64,000 nt of DNA from an uncultured bacterium (GTDB lineage Bacteria > Verrucomicrobiota > Verrucomicrobiia > Verrucomicrobiales > DEV007). The notes beneath the pieces were generated by a model, which worked only from the letters and a program-made list of their open reading frames with translations, was not told where the DNA came from and ran no database searches. Location: NCBI GenBank assembly GCA_963977015.1, contig CAXBMO010000026.1, positions 1 to 64,000 on the forward strand, written 5' to 3'. Position 1 is the stretch's first letter; each line of letters begins with the position of its first letter. The position numbers and the translations under genes are program-made. Shown here one piece after another: positions 17,373 to 24,087 of this stretch.

Positions 17373-18950
17373 TTAGATGGGTTGTGTGATTCCTGCTTGC
17401 GTTGCTGGAACGATTCGGAGAGCTGTATTTGATGCCACTCCCTGTTGCGAAAGTGCTGTGTTGGAGTCTAGGAGGATGCTCTCACCGCCGGTAGTAGCAA
17501 GAGAGTAATCTCCAGCCTTCAGAAAGTTCGCTTCTACGAGTTTTGCGATCACTCTTGATGGAGTCATAGATGAAGATATCTCCACGGTAATCTCCTTGCC
17601 GGTGGTGGGATGTACGAATGTCAGGGTCAATTTGTCGTTCATAGCTTTATCTATCTGAGAAAATTTATATCGTAAGGACTGTGGTGGACACAGGCGACTG
17701 GCTCGGTCCAAACTCAAGGTGTAGTAGTCAAAGTCATCTTTAACAGGCGAGAATACAGTGATGTAAGGGCCAAAGGGGAAACCTAGCTGTTGAATTGTCT
17801 TGTCTAGCACATTATTCTCAGAGGTAAGATCAATGGATTCTAAGGTGTGAGTTTCGTAACTGGTCTCCCCAATCACCGCGTTGTGATCCTCAAAAATCTT
17901 TGCGACCTCATCTTGAGTCATTGTGAAAATGGGACGGTATACGGGAATCTCTACTCCGGTTTCTAACACAAAACTTTTCACAAACGTAGTGTGTGTTATC
18001 TCTAGGCTACAGTTTTCGCCTGAATGCTCTGTTGTCGTTACGGCATTTAAAAAATCACGGACGGTGCAACTACTTGGGAGAGGGACCTCCCAATTGGGTG
18101 TGATGGGGCTTAATGGTTCAGTTGTTTCTGAAATGTTCGCATAACCAAAAGAATCGAGGCTATTTGACATTCCTTGAAAGAAGAGTCGCTTTCCGATCGC
18201 TAGATTCTGCTTGCAAAGGTGCTTTACGGCTTCCTGAACTTGGAGGCCTGAAACAAGCGTTGCAGCAATCTGTGTGGTCGCTACCCGACTCTCCTTCGCC
18301 GCTTGGACTTTAAATCCAAAACAAGAGTTACGATCTACCGCATTTTGGAGTTCATTCTTACTTAGAGTCGATTCGTAGGAAATCAGTGAATCCGGGCTAA
18401 AAAAAGTCACAGAGAGCCCCAACTCGTGGATGCCCGCGTCAATCCAGGGGATACCAGCTAAACGACAATTGCGATCAATTGCCAATCTTGCTCCAACATT
18501 ATCCAAGCAACCCAAAACGACATCCATCTCAGCGTAAATTGAAGGTCCTAGATCTCTAGTTACGTCCCCATGATACCACTCAATTTCGAATGACGGATTG
18601 ACAGCAAGCTCTCGAACTCGACGAGCTGCAACTTCGACCTTTTTTTTCCCAATGTCCTCTCTCCGAAAAAGTACAGTTCTTGAGAGATTAGATCTTTCGA
18701 CTGTGTCAAAATCGAGCGCGAAAACGTAACCGAATCCCAGTAGTGCGAGGTTTTTAAGCGTTTCGTTCCCGACAGCCCCAGTGCCGATAACCATTACTCT
18801 TGAATCTCTGAGGCGTTTTTGATCCCACCACTCGATACGTTCTTGGCGATCTACAGGGTTTTCGTCCGGATCGTAAACGTTCAAAACCGAGAAGTTATCG
18901 TCGGCCGTCGTTGAATTAATTATTCCGGTCTTCACTGTTTCCATTGCCAT
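17373..18950 (-). CDS. ThiF/E1 ubiquitin-activating enzyme fused to a C-terminal ubiquitin-like domain
   Basis: RQERIEWWDQ, VIGTGAVG, DFDTVERSNLSR, GCLDN, putative catalytic Cys in DRNSC; last 89 aa (MNDKLTLTFVHP...LRIVPATQAG-ITQPI) show a beta-grasp pattern. Start at 18950 or 18944. Confidence 0.88.
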   Translation of the reverse strand: MAMETVKTGIINSTTADDNFSVLNVYDPDENPVDRQERIEWWDQKRLRDSRVMVIGTGAVGNETLKNLALLGFGYVFALDFDTVERSNLSRTVLFRREDIGKKKVEVAARRVRELAVNPSFEIEWYHGDVTRDLGPSIYAEMDVVLGCLDNVGARLAIDRNCRLAGIPWIDAGIHELGLSVTFFSPDSLISYESTLSKNELQNAVDRNSCFGFKVQAAKESRVATTQIAATLVSGLQVQEAVKHLCKQNLAIGKRLFFQGMSNSLDSFGYANISETTEPLSPITPNWEVPLPSSCTVRDFLNAVTTTEHSGENCSLEITHTTFVKSFVLETGVEIPVYRPIFTMTQDEVAKIFEDHNAVIGETSYETHTLESIDLTSENNVLDKTIQQLGFPFGPYITVFSPVKDDFDYYTLSLDRASRLCPPQSLRYKFSQIDKAMNDKLTLTFVHPTTGKEITVEISSSMTPSRVIAKLVEANFLKAGDYSLATTGGESILLDSNTALSQQGVASNTALRIVPATQAGITQPI

Positions 18951-19300
18951 TTGCACTCGAGTTCACCACATTCCCAATTTGAATTACCTAGCTCTTTTAT
19001 GAGTTTACTCTTACATTGTGGACATTTAGAAGGCTTACCTTCACTGATTATAGCGAAACTTGTGGATCCAACACTTGCGGGGGTAGGGCTTGAAATTACC
19101 CTAAAGTGATCGTTTTCAACTGTACGGCGGTTTTGTGGAGCGGGCACGGGGGATGTCCCCATAAAGGCTGAATTGTTGTTGGTGACCGTCGGTGGGGTCC
19201 TGTTTGAGTTTTTGATGTGCAGCCACCTAGCCGCGCTGACTACAATGGCGAGCACTACAGCAAAGATTAAAAAAAATCCGAAACCCCAATCTGCGATCAC
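18932..19300 (-). CDS. Single-pass membrane protein with C-terminal Zn ribbon
   Basis: N-terminal TM; KPSKCPQCK...WECGELEC; overlaps the E1 start. Confidence 0.75.
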   Translation of the reverse strand: MIADWGFGFFLIFAVVLAIVVSAARWLHIKNSNRTPPTVTNNNSAFMGTSPVPAPQNRRTVENDHFRVISSPTPASVGSTSFAIISEGKPSKCPQCKSKLIKELGNSNWECGELECKWQWKQ

Positions 19301-19385
19301 ACTGCGAATGTGAAGTGGACTGAAATGAAGTCAAAAAAAAAATAAACTTTTAGGGTGTGTAGTGTAATTCTAATTCTTATCGGCG

Positions 19386-19916
19386 TCAGGCCCACCAGTG
19401 CTCACACTCGATGCACCGCCAACCACTTCTTGAATGCTCAGTAATTCTGGTCCCCTTACAGATTGGGCATTTTTGTGGCTTGGTGACCGAAAGCACAGTT
19501 ACCGATTCATCTGGATGTGCCCAATCAGTCGGAAGCTGAATTGGTTCAGCCAGGCGGTGACCGGAGAGTAGATTAATTCTTGGATTTGATCCAAATTTGT
19601 TAGAACCAGTGGTTCCGGGCAGGATACCACACTCAATAATCCACCAGATAATTCCCACGTAGGGAATCAAGGTAATTAGGATCCACCATCCTGACCTGTT
19701 GCGATCATGCCAACGCTTTGTCTGAATCGCGATACACATCCAAGCTGCAGGGATGAATGCAAAGAAAAATGCTGCACCCGAACCAAAAATTGCTTCCACT
19801 ATCGAATAAATTATTAACCCTGAAATTATCACTAGTGGGCAGAATTTCCAGAACAGGTTGCGTCCTATTCTTCCTTGGAGTTGGAACAAAATGTGACTGG
19901 GCTTCATAGCTCGCAT
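19386..19916 (-). CDS. DUF805 membrane protein with C-terminal Zn ribbon
   Basis: GRIGR..FW, KRWHDRNRSGWW, PGTTGSNKFG (DUF805); KPQKCPICK...WRCIEC. Confidence 0.85.
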   Translation of the reverse strand: MRAMKPSHILFQLQGRIGRNLFWKFCPLVIISGLIIYSIVEAIFGSGAAFFFAFIPAAWMCIAIQTKRWHDRNRSGWWILITLIPYVGIIWWIIECGILPGTTGSNKFGSNPRINLLSGHRLAEPIQLPTDWAHPDESVTVLSVTKPQKCPICKGTRITEHSRSGWRCIECEHWWA

Positions 19917-20123
19917 TCTTCACTTATCATGTTTCGAAACTGGACCGGTCAGGATCAAAGGTGTCTGCCTAGTTAATATGAATCACCGCTATTCAAACAT
20001 TGTTCAAGTCATGGATTCTGGAAGATCGCATTGAGTCCCTAAACGGTGTCTTTGGCGTGACCTCTCCGGGGGAAGTTCACTGTCGAATTTATCGGCAGTG
20101 CGGCGGCTCTCAACACGACCTAC

Positions 20124-21455
20124 CTACTCAAACTGATACCCCCGCTGCTTCGTCTGTACCTGATCAAAGAGCTGCCCGGCAGGCTGGGAATCCAGGTGCA
20201 CGGCGCTTTCGTGGATGCAGTGGGCGAAGGCTTGCCACTGGAGGAGGCTGTTGATGTAGATGGCTTGGGCGCTGAGACGGCGGGCTATTCCGGCGGCGTA
20301 GATGTCGTCGGTCTCGAAGAGGCTGACGAGGAGTTCGCGGCGGGGACCGAGCAGTTCGGGGAGGGCGTCGAAGTCGTCGATCTGGCTGATGGCGAGGACG
20401 GGGCCGGAGAGGTCGGCGTCGAGGAAGGGGGCGATGTTGTCGAGACCGAGGAAGGTGGGGATGACGAAGTTGGCGCTGTGTTTGCCGCCGCAGATGAGTT
20501 GGGCGCCGTTTGCGACGAAGTGCTCGACCTGGTCGAGGAGGGCTTCTGCGCGGTCGCTGGAGGGGAGGGGGCCGATCTCGGTGTGGTTTTCGAGCGGGGG
20601 GCCACTCTTGAGGTCGAGGATGCGCTGGGCGAGGAGTTTGCGCAGTTTGGTGTAGCAGGCGGGGGTGGCGAGGATGAGTTTGGGGGCGAAGGCGGTCTGG
20701 CCGTTGTTGGTGAAGGCTTGGGCGACGATTTCGGTGGCGAGTTCCTTGAGGTCGTGGGTTTGACCAACGACGACGACGCCGGGGCCGCCAAAGTGGAGGG
20801 AGGTGGGTTTGAAGCGGGCGACGCGTTGGACGGAGAGGGCCGTTTTGCGGCTGCCGTAGACGACGAGAGCTTCGATGCGGGGATCGGCGCAGAGGGCGGG
20901 ACCGAGTTCGGTGCCGGGGCCGTTGAGGATGGCGAGTTGTTGCGGGTTGCCTCCGGCTTTTAGCCAGAGGTCGCGCAGCTCGTTGGCGATCTGGAGGGTG
21001 GCGCGGGCCGGCTTGAGGACGACGTTGCAACCTGCGGTGAGGGCGGGGAGCACGGCGAGGGCGGGCATGAGGAGCGGGAAGCTGGCTCCGGTGATGGCGC
21101 CGACGGTGCGGTAGGGGTGGCGGCGGAGGAAGCCGAGCCAGCCGAGGCGGTAGGGATCGTAAAGGAGTTCAGCTTCGCCGGTGAGGGGGGCGAGTTTGGC
21201 GAGTTGATCGATGGTCCAGATGGTCTCTTCAACTTCGGCGCGGGAGTCGACGACAGGTTTTCCTCCCTCGATGGCGATGCTTTTGGCGAGAGGCTTGAGG
21301 TGGTCTTCCAGCGATTGGGCGAGGCGACGCAGAATTTCGCCGGCATCATTGGCTTCCCGCTGGGCCGCAGTTGCGCTCAAACCGGTGACAGCCGGCGCTT
21401 TGGCAGCGGGATCCAAGGCTTCGAGAGCCTGGTCGAGTTGGTCGCGGGTTGACAT
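20124..21455 (-). CDS. Aldehyde dehydrogenase-fold protein lacking the catalytic residues
   Basis: EGGKP, AGCNVVLKP, EIGPL motifs present, but NNGQTAFA (no Cys), LHFGG (no Glu), GASFP (no Asn). Confidence 0.8.
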   Translation of the reverse strand: MSTRDQLDQALEALDPAAKAPAVTGLSATAAQREANDAGEILRRLAQSLEDHLKPLAKSIAIEGGKPVVDSRAEVEETIWTIDQLAKLAPLTGEAELLYDPYRLGWLGFLRRHPYRTVGAITGASFPLLMPALAVLPALTAGCNVVLKPARATLQIANELRDLWLKAGGNPQQLAILNGPGTELGPALCADPRIEALVVYGSRKTALSVQRVARFKPTSLHFGGPGVVVVGQTHDLKELATEIVAQAFTNNGQTAFAPKLILATPACYTKLRKLLAQRILDLKSGPPLENHTEIGPLPSSDRAEALLDQVEHFVANGAQLICGGKHSANFVIPTFLGLDNIAPFLDADLSGPVLAISQIDDFDALPELLGPRRELLVSLFETDDIYAAGIARRLSAQAIYINSLLQWQAFAHCIHESAVHLDSQPAGQLFDQVQTKQRGYQFE

Positions 21456-21695
21456 CGGTTAGGATGGAGACTGAGACAAAGCCGAGGTTTGCGGCAAGAT
21501 CAAGTTTCTCCAAACTTGGGAAGTGGCGCGAGCTTTTAAGGATGGGGTTGAGTTTTGAAGGTTGTGGAAAATTGAGTTGCTACAGGTTGCGGTGCACACT
21601 TTCTGTGCGAATTCCTTGAGTTTTCGCTCGCGTCAGGTTGTGATACGGGCTAAATCGGCTTTTCAGGCCCTCACATAGATTCCTAGATTATAAGC

Positions 21696-22886
21696 ATGAA
21701 AGTATTGGTTCTTGGCGGCGACGGCTTTTGCGGTTGGCCCACTTCTCTCCATCTCTCAAACCTCGGCCACGACGTGGTGGTTCTGGACAATTTATCGCGA
21801 CGAAACATCGATAATGAGTTGGGAGCGAATTCGCTGACGCCAATCACTCCGATGGGGACGAGAATTGAGGCTTGGAAGGAAGTTTCCGGGAAGGATATCG
21901 GCTTTCACAACATCAACGTGGCGAAGGACTACGATCGATTTTTGGCCATCATCAAGGAAGAGAAGCCGGATGCGATCGTCCACTTTGCCGAGCAACGCGC
22001 GGCGCCTTATTCGATGAAGTCGCCCGCGCACAAGCGTTACACGGTCGACAACAACCTGAATGCGACCCACAACACCCTTTGCGCGATCGTGGAGAGCGGG
22101 TTGGACATTCATTTGGCGCACCTCGGAACGATGGGCGTCTACGGTTACGGAACCGCCGGGATGAAGATCCCTGAGGGGTACCTCGATGTGGAGGTGACGA
22201 CCGAAGACGGTCAGAAGATCGAGCAGCAGATTCTGTATCCGACCAATCCGGGAAGTATTTACCACATGACGAAGAGCCAGGATCAGCTGCTCTTCGCCTA
22301 TTACGTGAAGAATGACCAGGTGCGGATCACCGATCTGCATCAGGGCATCGTTTGGGGCACGCACACGCCGGAGACGAGCCAGGACGAGCGCCTCATCAAC
22401 CGTTTCGACTACGATGGCGACTACGGCACGGTGTTGAACCGCTTTTTGGTGCAGGCCGCAGTGGGTTACCCGCTGACGGTGCATGGCACGGGCGGCCAGA
22501 CCCGCGCGTTCATCCACATTCGCGACACGGTGCGCTGCGTGCAGTTGGCACTCGAGAATGCGCCGGCCAAGGGGGATCGGGTGAAGATCCTGAACCAGAT
22601 GACTGAGACCCATCGGGTGCGCGATTTGGCGGAACTCGTCGCGAAGCTGGCGAATGCCGAGATCGCCAATGTCTCGAACCCGCGGAACGAGGCTCCCGAG
22701 AACGAATTGCACGTTCACAATGACCTGTTTTTGGACCTGGGGCTGAAGCCCACCACGCTGAGCGAGGGATTGCTCGAGGAAGTTACCGAGATCGCGAAAA
22801 AATACGCGGATAGGTGTGACAAATCGAAAATTCCTTGCTATTCCACGTGGACGCAGGACCAAAAAGCGGGCGTTCCCGGCGCCTAA
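21696..22886 (+). CDS. sqdB: UDP-sulfoquinovose synthase
   Basis: GGDGFCGWPT, HFAEQRAAPYSM, HLGTMGVYG, PGSIYHMTK, ITDLHQGIVWG, NRFDYDGDYGTVLNRF. Confidence 0.95.
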   Translation: MKVLVLGGDGFCGWPTSLHLSNLGHDVVVLDNLSRRNIDNELGANSLTPITPMGTRIEAWKEVSGKDIGFHNINVAKDYDRFLAIIKEEKPDAIVHFAEQRAAPYSMKSPAHKRYTVDNNLNATHNTLCAIVESGLDIHLAHLGTMGVYGYGTAGMKIPEGYLDVEVTTEDGQKIEQQILYPTNPGSIYHMTKSQDQLLFAYYVKNDQVRITDLHQGIVWGTHTPETSQDERLINRFDYDGDYGTVLNRFLVQAAVGYPLTVHGTGGQTRAFIHIRDTVRCVQLALENAPAKGDRVKILNQMTETHRVRDLAELVAKLANAEIANVSNPRNEAPENELHVHNDLFLDLGLKPTTLSEGLLEEVTEIAKKYADRCDKSKIPCYSTWTQDQKAGVPGA

Positions 22887-22914
22887 TCCAATTGCGAAAA
22901 CACGGGGTCCCTTA

Positions 22915-24075
22915 ATGAGAATCGCATTTTTCACAGAGACCTTTCTCCCCAAGATCGACGGTGTCGTCACCAGGATGATCCGAACGTTGGATCAGCTCCA
23001 CGATCTTGGGCATCACGCTATTATTTTTGCGCCGGAGTATCGTCACGGTGACAATGTTTCCGACTACAAGGGGTTTCCGGTCGTTCGGCTGAAATCCATT
23101 CCGTTCAAGCCATGGTATCCGGAGCTTCGCCTGGGGATGCCGAGCACGAAAATTTACTCGGAGCTCAAGGCATTCGATGCCGATCTCGTTCACACCGTGA
23201 ACCCGTTTGTGATCGGGGCTTGGGGCACGGTCGTGGCGGCGAACATGGATATCCCGATGGTCGCCAGTTATCACACGGATCTCGGGCAATACGCGGAACG
23301 CCTGAAGGTCCATTTTTTGATTCCTCCGGGGCGGCTTCACGTTCGGACGGTGCACAATGCGGCGCAGTTGAATCTGACCACGAGCGTTCCCATGGTGCAA
23401 GTCGCCGAGGAAATGGGGATCAAGCGGATTCGGGTTTGGCCGAAAGCAGTTGATACGGAGACCTTCCATCCCGGTAATCGGAGTGACGAGATTCGCCATT
23501 TTTTGAGCGAGGGAGAACCGGAGAAGCCACTGATCATTTGTGTGGGGCGTTTGTCTCACGAAAAGCGGGTGAGTTGGCTTCTCGAAGCCGCGAAGCAGAT
23601 TCCCGGGATACGCATCGCCATCATCGGTGGCGGGCCCGCTGAGGAGGAACTGAAGGAGGCGTTCAGGGGCACCCCCACGTTCTTTGCGGGCTACATGAAG
23701 GGCGAACGCCTCGCGCAAGCGTATGCGAGTGCTGACGTATTCGCCTTTCCGTCCGATACCGAAACGCTGGGATTCGTCGCGATGGAGTCGATGGCGAGCG
23801 GAGTTCCGGTTGTGGGTGCACGCGCGGGCGGAATTCCCGACGTCATCAATCACGGCGTCAACAGCCTGATGTTCGACTCCAATGATCGTCGAGACTTTGT
23901 CGCCCAGCTTCGCAAGTTGCTCGACGACGAGAAGTTGCGGTCGCATCTCTCGAAACGCGCTCGAATCGACATGGAAGCCTGCAGTTGGCGCGCGGCGACG
24001 GAATCGCTGATGGACTACTACCACACCTCCGTTCGGGCGCATCGCCGGTGGAAGCAGTTGGACGCGGTGGCGTGA
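22915..24075 (+). CDS. sqdX: GT4 sulfoquinovosyltransferase (cyanobacterial SqdX / plant SQD2 type)
   Basis: FTETFLPKIDGVV, YPELRL, VASYHT, VGRLSHEK, AYASADVFAFPSDTETLG; directly downstream of sqdB. Confidence 0.85.
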   Translation: MRIAFFTETFLPKIDGVVTRMIRTLDQLHDLGHHAIIFAPEYRHGDNVSDYKGFPVVRLKSIPFKPWYPELRLGMPSTKIYSELKAFDADLVHTVNPFVIGAWGTVVAANMDIPMVASYHTDLGQYAERLKVHFLIPPGRLHVRTVHNAAQLNLTTSVPMVQVAEEMGIKRIRVWPKAVDTETFHPGNRSDEIRHFLSEGEPEKPLIICVGRLSHEKRVSWLLEAAKQIPGIRIAIIGGGPAEEELKEAFRGTPTFFAGYMKGERLAQAYASADVFAFPSDTETLGFVAMESMASGVPVVGARAGGIPDVINHGVNSLMFDSNDRRDFVAQLRKLLDDEKLRSHLSKRARIDMEACSWRAATESLMDYYHTSVRAHRRWKQLDAVA

Positions 24076-24087
24076 TTCAACGGGAGT

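Larger units (their letters stand above)
6900..20100. other. Lower-GC genomic island carrying a ubiquitin-like conjugation operon and a hydrolase/caspase pair
   Basis: By-eye GC drop relative to the flanks (sampled 60-mers: 42% at 10381 vs 70% at 5101); content is conflict-system-like; no integrase or att site identified; boundaries approximate. Confidence 0.7.

Noticed and set aside
14589-18950. Calling the E1/E2/JAB block CBASS, Pycsar or a sulfur-carrier (ThiF/MoeB) operon
   Set aside because: No nucleotidyltransferase or cyclase, and no thiamine, molybdopterin or cysteine synthesis genes nearby; an HPN-type E2 argues for protein conjugation.
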